The position numbers and the translations under genes are program-made. Shown here piece by piece: positions 1 to 10,003 of a stretch of 64,000 nt of DNA. Under the pieces are notes generated by a model. It made no database searches. It was given only the letters and a program-made list of their open reading frames with translations, and was not told where the DNA came from. The stretch comes from Alphaproteobacteria bacterium (GTDB lineage Bacteria; Pseudomonadota; Alphaproteobacteria; UBA828), in contig CBDCCI010000002.1 in the NCBI GenBank assembly GCA_965214705.1, positions 1,600,001 to 1,664,000 of the forward strand. The letters are read 5' to 3'. The number at the start of each line of letters is the position of its first letter. Positions within the stretch are counted from its first letter, which is position 1.

Positions 1-836
1 TCGCCGGCGATCGCGATGGCCTCATCGCGGGACTCTGCGCAGAACACCTCGCGAATGACCGGGCGCTCGACCTCCGCGAGGCTGCGGCCGGAGCCGGCCA
101 TGCGTTCGCCATAGGTGCGGTAGAGGGCGATTACCTCCGCATCGCTCGCCGTCGGCGCCGGCAGGATGGCGTAGCCGTTCTGCGCGGCCAGCGCCACGTC
201 CTCACCGTCCCCCGCCTCGACCCAGATCGGCGGGTGGGGGATCTGCACCGGCCGGGGCGTCACCGCGAGATATTTCGGCTCCAGCCCGGCCCGCTGCCAC
301 TGCAGCTTGAAGGGCTTTTCGTAAGGCTCGTGGGTGAAGGGTTGCTCGGCGTTCTCCGGCGTCTTGCGCGGGAAGCGGGTGAAGCGCCCGCCGTAGGAGA
401 ACGCGTCGGAGGTCCACGCCTTGGCGATGAAGTCCAGGGCCTCCTCGAAGCGCGCGCGGCGTTCCTCGAAGGGCACACCAAAGGCGGCGAACGCGGCCTC
501 GCTATCGCCGATGCCGGCGCCCAGGATGGCGCGGCCGTTGGACAGCAGGTCGATGACCGCGAAGTCCTCTGCCGCGCGCGCCGGGTGCTGCAACGCCAGC
601 GCCTTGCCCGCCGAGCCCAAGCGGATGAAGCGGGTGGAGCCCGCCAGCGCGCCCAGCAGGTCAACGACAGAGCCGGTGAGGGCGCCGTCCTCGAAATGGC
701 TCTCGCCGATCAGCGCCGAGTCGAAGCCGAGGTGATCGGCAAGCTCGATCTGCTCCATTATCTCGCCGTAGAGGTCCGCCGCGGCGCGGCTTCCGCCGCC
801 GGTCAGCTCCCAACCGTAGTAGAGCCCCGACCTCAT
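1..836 (-). CDS. LLM-class (luciferase-like) flavin-dependent oxidoreductase, 3' end runs off the window
   Basis: Not in the ORF track; translated by hand from ATG 836, which overlaps the upstream stop as ATGA: MRSGLYYGWELTGGG...ELADHLGFDSALIGESHF...HPARAAEDFAVIDLLSNGRAILGAG...PRPVQIPHPPIWV. These are typical LLM motifs. Confidence 0.85.
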   Translation of the reverse strand, partial: MRSGLYYGWELTGGGSRAAADLYGEIMEQIELADHLGFDSALIGESHFEDGALTGSVVDLLGALAGSTRFIRLGSAGKALALQHPARAAEDFAVIDLLSNGRAILGAGIGDSEAAFAAFGVPFEERRARFEEALDFIAKAWTSDAFSYGGRFTRFPRKTPENAEQPFTHEPYEKPFKLQWQRAGLEPKYLAVTPRPVQIPHPPIWVEAGDGEDVALAAQNGYAILPAPTASDAEVIALYRTYGERMAGSGRSLAEVERPVIREVFCAESRDEAIAIAG

Positions 837-1870
837 GACGCGCCCCTGAAGTGCGGGATCACGTGCTCGGCGAAGAGCTCCATCTGCCTGAAGAGGCGCT
901 CCTTCTTCTGGCTGATGTGCATGATGCGCGGCATGAAGTGGTCGAAGTGGACCGTCTCGCGGTAAGTCTCGATCTTGCGGATGATCTGGTCCGGCGTGCC
1001 GACAAACGACGCCTCGATGATCTCCCGGAACACCGGGTGCGCCAGCATCTCGCGGCGGCTGCCGGTGGCCTCGGGCACGTAGCCGTAGGCCACGTACTGC
1101 TCCTCGTACATCGGCAGCAGGTCTTCATCCATGATGCGGAGCGCCTCTTCCTGGGTCTCGGCGATGCAGACATCGCGGAAGAGGCCGCACTTGATGGCGC
1201 TCTCGGGGTGGCCGGCGGCGCGCGCGGCCTCCTTGTAGATCCCCGCGTTCCTCTCGAAGAGATCGATGCTCATGGACGGGCCTTCCCAGAAGCCCAGTCC
1301 GGCCTTGCCGATGTTGGTGGCCTGCAGCTTGGTCCGGTTGGCGCCGACCCAGATCGGCGGGTGCGGCCGCTGAAGGGGCGCGGGATCGAGGCGCAGGTCG
1401 TCGTAGTGGAAGAACTCGCCGTGGTGGGAGAAGGTCTCGCCGGTCCAGGCCTTCTTCATCACTTCGACGGCCTCGTAGAAGCGCTTTCCCCTGGTCTTCT
1501 TCTCGATGTCGAGGCCCTCGAACTCCTCCGGCCGGTAGCCCGGTGCGAGGCCGAGCAGGAGGCGGCCGTTGGAGAGCACGTCGAGGGAGGCTTTGTCCTC
1601 GGCATCGCGCAGGGGGTCGTGCAGGCCGAGCAGCGAGCAGCCGGTGCCGATGCCGATGCGCGACGTGCGGCGCGCGATGGCGGCCAGCACGGGCAGCAGG
1701 TTGGGACAGTAGCCGTCGTACCAGAAGTGATGCTCGGTCAGCCAGAAGCTGTCGAAGCCGACCTCCTCGGCGAAGACCGCGTGCTCGACGACCTCGTCGT
1801 AGAGCCCGGCCCACGAGCGCGGATGAACGCGCGGGCTCTGCATCCCGTATAGGCCAAGCCAGAACTCCAC
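833..1870 (-). CDS. LLM-class (luciferase-like) flavin-dependent oxidoreductase
   Basis: AEEVGFDSFWLTEHHF, LDVLSNGRLLLGL and PLQRPHPPIWVG motifs; GTG start at 1870 after an AGGGG RBS. Confidence 0.9.
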   Translation of the reverse strand: MEFWLGLYGMQSPRVHPRSWAGLYDEVVEHAVFAEEVGFDSFWLTEHHFWYDGYCPNLLPVLAAIARRTSRIGIGTGCSLLGLHDPLRDAEDKASLDVLSNGRLLLGLAPGYRPEEFEGLDIEKKTRGKRFYEAVEVMKKAWTGETFSHHGEFFHYDDLRLDPAPLQRPHPPIWVGANRTKLQATNIGKAGLGFWEGPSMSIDLFERNAGIYKEAARAAGHPESAIKCGLFRDVCIAETQEEALRIMDEDLLPMYEEQYVAYGYVPEATGSRREMLAHPVFREIIEASFVGTPDQIIRKIETYRETVHFDHFMPRIMHISQKKERLFRQMELFAEHVIPHFRGAS

Positions 1871-1973
1871 GTGATCCCCTAACGGTCGTTTGTTTGTGAC
1901 AGAAGGCGGCGCGCATCGAAGCACAAGACCGCGCGCGGAGGCAAACGTGCGGGGCACGCGGGACGGCGGCTCG

Positions 1974-2981
1974 TCAGGGCAGGTCCAGCTTCGCCCGGTT
2001 CGCGCTCATGCTGGCGCTGATGCGGTGGGCGACCTCGAGCGAGCGGACGCCGTCGGCGCCCGTCACTGCCGGCACGCCGCCGGTCCGCACAGTGTGGACG
2101 AAAGACTCGACCTCGCGCATGAGTGCGTCGCCCTGCTCGAAGTCCATGCGCTCCATCGCCACGCTCTCCATGCTTGGCGGCGCATCGCCCTCCTTCTTGC
2201 GCGCGATCCTGACGCTGCGCGCGCCGTGGTCGACCTTGATGTACGTGTCGGGCTGAAAGATGCGGAGCGTGCGCTCGGTCTTGAGGCTGACCCGGCTCGC
2301 GGTGACGTTGGCGACGCAGCCGTTGGCGAACTTGAGCCGGGCGTTGGCGATGTCCTCGCTGGCGGAGAACACCGGCGTGCCCACGGCATCGATCTCGGTC
2401 ACCGGCGCGTCCACCAGCGCCAGGATGATGTCGATGTCGTGGATCATCACGTCGAGGACCACGCTCACGTCGGTGTTCCGCTGCGGGAAGGGGCTGACCC
2501 GGACCGATTCGATATAGAGCGGGCGGGCGATGCGCGGGGCGATGGCCTGGAAGGCGTCGGAGAAGCGCTCGATCAGCCCGACCTGCAGCACCAGCCCCCC
2601 GGCCTCGGCCAGCGCCGTGAGCTCCCGGGCGGTCGCCACGCTCTCAGTGAAGGGCTTCTCCACCAGCACGTGAATGCCGGCGTCGAGGAAGTCCTTTACC
2701 ACCGCGTAGTGGGCGGCTGCCGGCACGGCGACCGAGGCGGCGTCGATATTGCCGATCAGCGCGTGGTGGTCGGCCACGGCATCGGCGCCGAGCGGGCTGG
2801 CGACGGCAGCGGCACGGTCAGCGTCGATATCCGCGACCGCGACCAGGCGGGCGCCGTCGATGGCCGCCGCCTTCTCGGCGTGGTAGCGCCCGAAGTGGCC
2901 CGCGCCGACCACGCCGAGCCGGAGCGCGCCGTCAGCGCCGTCCTGCGCGGCTCCCTCCCGCGTCGCCGTACCGGGCGCCAC
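1974..2981 (-). CDS. Gfo/Idh/MocA family NAD-dependent oxidoreductase (GnnA-like sugar dehydrogenase)
   Basis: Rossmann GVVGAGHFG, HVLVEKP and DVMIHDID motifs. Confidence 0.9.
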   Translation of the reverse strand: MAPGTATREGAAQDGADGALRLGVVGAGHFGRYHAEKAAAIDGARLVAVADIDADRAAAVASPLGADAVADHHALIGNIDAASVAVPAAAHYAVVKDFLDAGIHVLVEKPFTESVATARELTALAEAGGLVLQVGLIERFSDAFQAIAPRIARPLYIESVRVSPFPQRNTDVSVVLDVMIHDIDIILALVDAPVTEIDAVGTPVFSASEDIANARLKFANGCVANVTASRVSLKTERTLRIFQPDTYIKVDHGARSVRIARKKEGDAPPSMESVAMERMDFEQGDALMREVESFVHTVRTGGVPAVTGADGVRSLEVAHRISASMSANRAKLDLP

Positions 2982-2988
2982 AGCCGCC

Positions 2989-4791
2989 TCAGGCCGCCTC
3001 GTCGACGAAGAGCTCGGCGAGCTCGAAGCGGTCCTGGGTCATGTAGGCGAGGCCCTTGGTGCTGATGCGGTAGTAGGGGATGGTGACGAGCGAGACGAAT
3101 TCGAGGTTCATCTGCGGCGTTTCCAGTTCGCACCCCATGTCACGCCAGGCGTCTATCAGCTTGTATTGACGCTCGAAAAGCTCGTCGAATGGGAGGTCTG
3201 AGGCGAGGCCGTTGAGCGGCGTCGGCAGCGAGGCTTCGACCTCGCCGTTGCGGAGCGCGATGAAGCCGCCGTCCATCTTGATGGTCTCGTTGGCGGCTGC
3301 GGCCATGTCGTCGTCCGAGGCGCTGACCAGCACGATGTTCTGGTTGAAGACGTTGGCGGTGGTGCCGATGCAGCCTTCCTTGATCCCAAACCCCTTGACG
3401 AAGGCGACGCCCACCTCGCCGGTGCCCATGATCCGGTCGATCATGCAGATCTTGTTGATGCCGTTCTCCGGGTCCGCCTGCACGAAGCCATCGACGACGG
3501 GGAGCGTTTCGACCGACCCTGGCGTCTCCAGGGAGCCGTCCCGCGTGTTGATGCACTGGACCCTCACGGTATCGCCGCCACCGGCCGGTGCCTTGATGCG
3601 AAAGTCTCTGGGCTCGAGCACGCGGTCGATGTTCATGGTGCCGTAGAGCCAGTCGGGGTAGTCCGGGTTCTCTAGCGAGGCGACGAGCTTGCCGCCTTCG
3701 ACCCAGACCTTGCCGTTGGCCATCACCCGGTCGATCTCGAAGCCCTCGAGAGTGTCGACGAACACGATGTCGGCGAAGCGGCCCGCCGCTATCATGCCCA
3801 TGTCGTGGTTCACCCGGTAGAACTCCGCCGGCTGGATCGTGGACATCTGAATCGCGGTCATCGGATCCAGGCCATTCTGCACGGCGACGCGGATGGCGTT
3901 GTCCATCTGGCCGCGCTCCAGCATCCAGTCGGGCGTGATCACGTCGGTGCAGAGCTGGTAGGCGCGGGCGTGGTATCCCTCCTCGGTAATCACCGGAAGA
4001 CACGCCTCTATGTCCTTGCAGGCGCTGCCTTCTCGGATCACGATCCAGATGCCGAGCTCGGCCTGGCGGCGGGTCTCCGAGGCATTGACGATCTCGTGGT
4101 TGTGCATGATCCCCGAGGCGACCCAGGCGTTGGTGATCTTCTCGTCGGTCATGCCCGCCGAGTGGCCCTGGATCACCTTGCCCAGGTCGAGCGCCTCTTC
4201 CATGAGGCTGAGCAGCGCCCGGTCGCGCTGGTTCTGATAGAGCATCAGCTCGGGGCTGATCTCCTCGATGCCCTTGGTCTCGGGCCAGGTGAGCGAGTCG
4301 CGCAGGTCCTCGATGCTTGGCGCGTTGGGCGAGGCGGGGAAGCCGATGCCGCGGTTCTGGGTGTAGCACATGGTGGGGGTGACGAAGATCGGCTTGACCG
4401 GCGTCGCCAGCAGCTCGTCGAGGAAGAAGCGCGAGGCGCGCATGCCGTTGACGATGGCGTGGCCATAGAAGCCGTCCACGATGGTGGTCGAGCCGTGCAG
4501 CAGCCGGCAGGCGGCGAAGACGGTGGAGTTGGCGTAGGTGTGCCACTGATGGCAATGGGGGTCGATCAGTCCCGGCACCAGGAAGCGGCCCTCGGCATCG
4601 ATGACCTCGGTGTCGTCGCCGACGGCGTAGGCAACGTCGCCGACAGCGGCGATCCGCTCACCCTTGATGGCGATCCCTTCGGCCTTGATCGTGCCGGTGT
4701 GGACGTTGACCACGCGGCCGCCCGTGATGACAGTGTCGGCGGGCTGGTAGCCCATGGCCACGTCGATCAACGCTTCCCGTTGCAGCTCCAT
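2989..4791 (-). CDS. Adenine deaminase-like amidohydrolase with a divergent active site
   Basis: PGLIDPHCH, GHSA, HNHE, IREGSA, CTD and PAEFY...GMIAAGRFADIV motifs plus an adenine-deaminase C-terminal domain; ATG 4791 after GAGGGGG. Confidence 0.85.
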   Translation of the reverse strand: MELQREALIDVAMGYQPADTVITGGRVVNVHTGTIKAEGIAIKGERIAAVGDVAYAVGDDTEVIDAEGRFLVPGLIDPHCHQWHTYANSTVFAACRLLHGSTTIVDGFYGHAIVNGMRASRFFLDELLATPVKPIFVTPTMCYTQNRGIGFPASPNAPSIEDLRDSLTWPETKGIEEISPELMLYQNQRDRALLSLMEEALDLGKVIQGHSAGMTDEKITNAWVASGIMHNHEIVNASETRRQAELGIWIVIREGSACKDIEACLPVITEEGYHARAYQLCTDVITPDWMLERGQMDNAIRVAVQNGLDPMTAIQMSTIQPAEFYRVNHDMGMIAAGRFADIVFVDTLEGFEIDRVMANGKVWVEGGKLVASLENPDYPDWLYGTMNIDRVLEPRDFRIKAPAGGGDTVRVQCINTRDGSLETPGSVETLPVVDGFVQADPENGINKICMIDRIMGTGEVGVAFVKGFGIKEGCIGTTANVFNQNIVLVSASDDDMAAAANETIKMDGGFIALRNGEVEASLPTPLNGLASDLPFDELFERQYKLIDAWRDMGCELETPQMNLEFVSLVTIPYYRISTKGLAYMTQDRFELAELFVDEAA

Positions 4792-4948
4792 CGTTACCCC
4801 CCTCTGCCGCATTCTCGGGGCGGCACCGTAGTCGGACTTGTGGGGCCCTTCAAGCCGAGGCCCCGGCCGGCAGCGACAGGGGATGGACACCGGGCGATCG
4901 GCGCGTTATTCAGACAATGACTTGCAATTGCATCGCGTGGTTCGATCC

Positions 4949-6049
4949 ATGGCGGTCGACGGGGAGGCACACGCACCGGGCGAGGGCGCGTCGAGGTGGC
5001 TGGTGCTCGAGGGCATCCACCACGCCTACGATGCGGCACCGGTGGTCCGGGGCGTCGATCTGGTGGTTGGACCCGGCGAGATCATGTGCCTGCTGGGCCC
5101 GTCGGGCTGCGGCAAGACCACCCTGCTCAGGATCGCCGCAGGCCTCGAGCGCCAGAGCGCGGGCCAGGTCTTCATCGACGGCGAAGAGGTCGCCGGCCCG
5201 CACCGCTTCGTCGCACCGGAGAAGCGCCGCATCGGCCTGATGTTCCAGGACTACGCGCTGTTCCCGCACGTGCGCGCCATCGACAACGTGGGCTTCGGGC
5301 TGACGGCCACGCCAAGGGCGGAGCGCCGGCGCGTGGCGTTCGCGATGCTGGAGCGGCTCGGGCTCGCGGACCTCGCCAACGCCTACCCGCACGAGCTCTC
5401 CGGCGGGGAACAGCAGCGCGTGGCGCTCGCCCGTGCGCTCGCGCCCGCGCCCCGCGCGATGCTGCTGGACGAGCCGTTCTCCGGCCTGGACGAGCGCCTG
5501 CGGGAACAGGTCCGCGACGACACCTTGCGCTTCCTCCACGAGGCCGGGGTGCCGATCGTGCTGGTCACCCACGATGCGGACGAAGCGCTGCAGATGGCAG
5601 ACCAGATCGCCCTGATGCGGGACGGGGTGCTGGTCCAGGTGGGCAGCCCGGACCGGCTCTGCCGCAAGCCGGCGAGCCCGTTCGTCGCGCGCTTCTTCGG
5701 CGCGCTCCCGGCTTTCGACGGCTGGGTTAAGGACCGCGCGGTGGAGACGCCGATCGGACGCGCGCCCACCGGCTGCGGCGAGGGTTGCAAGGTGCGGGTC
5801 TACGTCAGGCCCGAGGCCGTGGAGCTGGTGAATGGCACGGCGGACGACGCCAACGGGCTGCCTTCCGCCCGTGTTCTGGACAGCCGGCCGATGGGCTCAA
5901 CCAGCCATTTGAAGCTCGCGATCGACGGCCACGCGGCGCCGCTGACGCTCAACGTCGCCGACGACGGCGCGCCAAGCGTCGATGATGTCGTCCGCATTCG
6001 GCTTGACCCACGCCGCACTTTTGTGTTCCCTGCGACACAGGACCTGTAG
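4949..6049 (+). CDS. ABC transporter ATP-binding protein (FbpC/PotA-like, C-terminal TOBE)
   Basis: Walker A GPSGCGKT, LSGGEQQRVALARAL, LLDEPFS. Confidence 0.9.
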   Translation: MAVDGEAHAPGEGASRWLVLEGIHHAYDAAPVVRGVDLVVGPGEIMCLLGPSGCGKTTLLRIAAGLERQSAGQVFIDGEEVAGPHRFVAPEKRRIGLMFQDYALFPHVRAIDNVGFGLTATPRAERRRVAFAMLERLGLADLANAYPHELSGGEQQRVALARALAPAPRAMLLDEPFSGLDERLREQVRDDTLRFLHEAGVPIVLVTHDADEALQMADQIALMRDGVLVQVGSPDRLCRKPASPFVARFFGALPAFDGWVKDRAVETPIGRAPTGCGEGCKVRVYVRPEAVELVNGTADDANGLPSARVLDSRPMGSTSHLKLAIDGHAAPLTLNVADDGAPSVDDVVRIRLDPRRTFVFPATQDL

Positions 6050-6143
6050 GCGACAAGGCTGCGGGACCGGTAACGTGTGGCGGTTGATGCGCCCGCGACC
6101 GGGCGTCGCGCCGCCCCCGCCGTGGTGAGACTGGAGCCGTGTC

Positions 6144-6410
6144 ATGGGTATCTCGATCTGGCAAATCCTTCTGATCGTCCTGGTGATCGTGCTGCTGTTC
6201 GGCGCCGGCAAGCTGCCGCGCCTGATGGGAGACTTCGCCAAGGGCATCAAGAGCTTCAAGACCGGCATGCGGGAGGGCGAAGCGCCTCCGCCGCCGGCAC
6301 AGAGCGCGGCCGCGTCCGCTGAGGCTCCGCAGGAGCCCAAGGTGATCGAGGGCGATGCCGCAACCATCGAAGCCAGCGCCGTCAAGAAGGACGAAGCCGC
6401 CAAGAGCTAG
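6144..6410 (+). CDS. tatA: Twin-arginine translocase TatA
   Basis: ISIWQILLIVLVIVLLFGAGKLPRLMGDFAKGIKSFK; first gene of tatABC. Confidence 0.95.
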   Translation: MGISIWQILLIVLVIVLLFGAGKLPRLMGDFAKGIKSFKTGMREGEAPPPPAQSAAASAEAPQEPKVIEGDAATIEASAVKKDEAAKS

Positions 6411-6474
6411 ACGCTAAACGCCGAGCGGCTGAACAGAAACAGGGAGATCACCCGCTCCTGTAGCGGGCGAAGCA

Positions 6475-7005
6475 ATGCTCGACATCGGTTGGCAAGAGAT
6501 CATCATCCTGATGCTGATCGCCCTGATCGTCGTCGGGCCGAAGGACCTGCCGCGCATCGTCAAGACCGCAGGCCAGTGGATGGGCAAGGCGCGCGGCTAT
6601 GCCCGCGACTTCCAGAGGACCATCGAGGAGGCCGCGGACGCGACCGAGATCGACGCGGTCAAGAAGGAAATCGACGAAGCCAACCGCGAGCTCGCCACGG
6701 CGCGGCGGGATGTGGCTGAGGGTGCGGACGCGATGCAGCGCGATGTCAACGAGGGCACGGAATCGGTGAACAAGATGTTCAGCGAGGATGCCATGGCGCC
6801 CGACAAGGCTGCGGCCGCAAAGGCGAATGGCGGAGAGCCACCGAGCGGTCAGGCGGCCGACGCCGACGGCGGCCAGGCCGAGAACGCTGCCGCAGCTGAG
6901 ATAGAAAGCGAGACCGCCTCCGCGCAGGCGGAAGCGACGGCGCCCGCTGCGGAGACTCCAGGCAACGGCGCGGACGGCCCACCCGGGCGCGGCGCGAGCG
7001 CCTAG
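6475..7005 (+). CDS. tatB: Twin-arginine translocase TatB
   Basis: MLDIGWQEIIILMLIALIVVGPKDLP. Confidence 0.95.
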   Translation: MLDIGWQEIIILMLIALIVVGPKDLPRIVKTAGQWMGKARGYARDFQRTIEEAADATEIDAVKKEIDEANRELATARRDVAEGADAMQRDVNEGTESVNKMFSEDAMAPDKAAAAKANGGEPPSGQAADADGGQAENAAAAEIESETASAQAEATAPAAETPGNGADGPPGRGASA

Positions 7006-7142
7006 GCGCACGGCAGAATAGCCGGATGTTGCAGCGGCTCCTGCTTGACGTGTCAACGCCGCACAGGCCCGAATCGAGGGCGAGCGAGCGGCATTCCCTT
7101 CACCGGACGAGACGGGGCGCTGCCCCGGATGGCGGTTAGCCC

Positions 7143-8000
7143 GTGGTCGACAGTATCGAACAATCGCGCGCGCCGCTGATCGACCATCTGATCGAGCTGA
7201 GGCGTCGTCTCGCCTTCGCGGCGATCGGGCTCGTCATCGCGTTTCTCGGCTGCTGGTACGTGGCCTCGGACATTTTCGCCTTCCTGGTCGAGCCGTTGCG
7301 CGACGTGCTGGCCGAGGGAGGGTACGATACCAACCTGATCTACACCCACCTGCTGGAGGCGTTCTTCACCGAGCTGAAGATCGCTTTCTGGGGCGCCTTC
7401 TTCGTCTCCTTCCCGCTGATCGCCACGCAGTTCTGGATGTTCGTGGCGCCGGGGCTCTACCGGAACGAGAAGAAGGCCGTCCTGCCCTTCCTGTTCATAA
7501 CGCCAATCCTGTTCTTCTCGGGCGGCGCACTGGTTTACTACTTCATCTTCCCGCAGGCGTTCAATTTCTTCATCTCCTTCCAGGAAGGAAGCACCGACGA
7601 TCGCCTCGGCCTCGAGCTGCTGCCAAGAATTGGCGAGTACCTCTCGCTGGTGATGAAGCTGATCTTCGCGTTCGGCATCGCCTTCCAGCTTCCGGTGATG
7701 CTGACGCTGATGGGCCGCGCGGGCCTTGCCACGTCTGCCGGGCTCAAGCGCAAGCGCAAGTACGCCATCGTCATCGTGTTCATTGCCGCGGCAATTCTCA
7801 CGCCGCCTGATCTGTTCAGCCAGATCGGCCTCGGCATCCCGCTGATCGCGCTCTACGAGATCTCGATCATCTCGGTCGGCTTCGTCGAGAAGAAGCGCCG
7901 CAAGAAGCAGGAAGAGGAAGAGGCGATGTACGCGGAGATGGACGAGCTGCTCGCCGAGTACGAGGACAGCGAAGAGACCGACTTCAACTTCGGGCGCTAA
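7143..8000 (+). CDS. tatC: Twin-arginine translocase TatC
   Basis: PLIDHLIELRRRL, FVAPGLYRNEK, AAILTPPD. Confidence 0.95.
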   Translation: MVDSIEQSRAPLIDHLIELRRRLAFAAIGLVIAFLGCWYVASDIFAFLVEPLRDVLAEGGYDTNLIYTHLLEAFFTELKIAFWGAFFVSFPLIATQFWMFVAPGLYRNEKKAVLPFLFITPILFFSGGALVYYFIFPQAFNFFISFQEGSTDDRLGLELLPRIGEYLSLVMKLIFAFGIAFQLPVMLTLMGRAGLATSAGLKRKRKYAIVIVFIAAAILTPPDLFSQIGLGIPLIALYEISIISVGFVEKKRRKKQEEEEAMYAEMDELLAEYEDSEETDFNFGR

Positions 8001-8168
8001 ACGCCGCCCCGCGAGCCGGGTCCAGCGGGCCTCGCCGTCATTTGAATAATCTATTTGTGACATAAGAAAATCGATCTTCGATCAGGGGATTGTTGCGCTT
8101 ATGCTCGCGCCATCGTCCGGGCGCCGCGCGTAAGATTCGGCGTTATGCGGCGAGGGGAGGGCACCCGT

Positions 8169-8282
8169 ATGAACGCGACACATGTGAATCCATCCGGCAA
8201 GGGCCGTGGCCGAAACGGAATGAGAGGCCCGAAGAAGGTTAAGGGTTGGGCAGGCTCTCTCTCGAGAGCCTGCCCAACCCTT
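8169..8282 (+). pseudogene. Displaced 5' end (start codon and signal-peptide n-region) of the TonB-dependent receptor at 16538-19012
   Basis: GGGGAGGG RBS then ATG 8169: MNATHVNPSGKGRGRNGMRGPKKVKGWAGSLSRACPTL. This joins in frame to CTG 16538 (LASLASLAAFVLLATNAVHA) once 8283-16537 is removed. Confidence 0.7.
8241..8282. repeat. Perfect 19-bp inverted repeat with a 4-nt loop, abutting the element end
   Basis: AAGGGTTGGGCAGGCTCTC-TCTC-GAGAGCCTGCCCAACCCTT. Confidence 0.95.
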
Positions 8283-8544
8283 TTGAACGAAGCCGCGGGC
8301 CACGAGAGGCGAAGTTGAGCTATGTGGAAAGTGCGCTGATGTCAGCGTCAGGCGGCATCCACCGGCAGCAGAGTTGCGCATAAAATCGACGCTCGCGCCG
8401 GTCTTTCGGCAGGCATGCGGGCGCACGCTGCGAGGACTGAGCGGGGTGTGAGCCGAGGGCTGTCAGCCCGGCTCAAGCGGAGACAGGTTCGGTCGTGCGT
8501 CGGCGCTTTGGCGCCGTTGCGCGGGGCCGAAGCGAGCGGGCGTC

Positions 8545-9607
8545 TCACGGTTTCCCCCTGTGGGTCGGCGGCAGCGCCGGCGGGCCGCGCGTCGAGCGGG
8601 GCTCATGGCGGCGGCGGATTTCGCGGACGAGGCGCATGACGCCGCCGCAGTGGGGGCAGGCCACGGGCGCGGTGCCGATCTCGGGCTCTTCGTCGGGCTC
8701 GGCCTGAGCGCCGTCCACGCTTCCCTCGGGGGCGGCGCAGCCGAGGGCGCCGAGAGCCTGGCGTGCTCTCTCCAGCGTGCTGGCGCGGCAGCCGTTGGCG
8801 AGGATGCCGAAGTAGCGAGTGCGGTGCATGCCGTCCGGCAGGACGTGCCTCAGGAAGCGGCGGATGAACTCGTCGGCGCTCACGGTGGCGATGCCGTAGC
8901 GCGGCTTTCTCTGCCCCGGCGCCTTGGGCTTTCGGTGGCGGAAGGAGACCGTCTCGCCGTCGAAGGAGACGATGCGGCTGTCGGAGATGGCGATCCTGTG
9001 CGTGTAGTGCGAGAGGTACCGGAAGACCTGCTCAGGCCCGCGGAAGGGCCGCTTGGCGTAGACCACCCAGTCCCTGGCCCGGGCGGCGGCAAGCGTGGCG
9101 TGGAACTCGCCGGGATTGGCGAGGTGGGCGAGGGTGCCGTGGAACTCCAGGTCCCCCCGGCCGTGGGCGCGGGCGAGCTCCTTGAGGAAGAGGCGGCGGA
9201 ACAGGCTGCCGAGGACCTTGACGGGGGCGAGGAAGGTGGTGCTCCCCGTCTTCCACTCGCCACTGTCTACGTCGAAGCCCGCGTTGGGCACGACCACGTG
9301 CAGGTGCGGGTGGAAGCGGAGCTTCTGATCCCAGGTATGGAGGACCGCGGTGCCGCCGATGCGCATGCCGCCGTGGCGGGGATCGGCGGCGATGGTGCGC
9401 AGGGTCTCGGCGACGGCCCGGAAGAGGATGTCGAACACCACCCTGCGGTTGCAGAAGGCAATGGCGGCAACCTCCTTGGGCAGGGTGAAGACCACATGGA
9501 AGTAGGGCACCGGCAGGATGTCCCCGGCGCGCTCCTCGCTCCAGAGGTTGGCGGCGAGACCCTGGCAGGTGGGGCAGTGGCGGTTGCGGCAGGAGTTGAA
9601 GAGCGGA
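8545..9607 (-). pseudogene. IS91-family Y2 transposase, C-terminal part (interrupted by a group II intron)
   Basis: NSCRNRHCPTCQ zinc motif, YFHVVFTLP, HUH motif HTW...HPHLH, Y2 motif YLSHY, FLRHVLP...RYFG. Confidence 0.92.
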
Positions 9608-9968
9608 GTGCGCCAGGCGAACTGGTGCGAGTGCAGTTGGTGAAAGTCCAACAGGAAGGAGAAGGTGAGCCACCACTTCCACCCCGAGTCATGGGCCGTC
9701 GCTCGCGAGGGCGAGGGTCAAGCGTTGACAGGGGCGCGTGTGGGCGGGGCTATTGAGCACCGAAAGAAACATCATCCGGGATGCCGAGGCTCTTTCGTTG
9801 GCCGAAGGTCGCATCTGGCCCACCGATATGGCGAGGGGGGTCTGAATCCCGCGGTGTCAGAGAACCCACGCACGTACGTACGCACTGCACCGGGACCTGG
9901 GAGGTCTCCATGTCATCCCGCTGAGTCGTGGCGGGAACGCTGAGGAAAGGAGGAGTCCGTAACCGAAG

Positions 9969-10003
9969 ATGAACGACATGGAGAAATCAGACTCGGCCAT
10001 AGT
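9969..10003 (+). pseudogene. N-terminal 12 codons of the outer intron reverse transcriptase/maturase
   Basis: MNDMEKSDSAIV joins in frame (GT|A) to AMKPANN at 13715. Confidence 0.8.

Noticed and set aside
4949-6049. Orphan ABC ATPase as the partner of the ATPase-less transporter at 33490-36573
   Set aside because: About 27 kb apart and it resembles iron-uptake ATPases; no sequence evidence links them.
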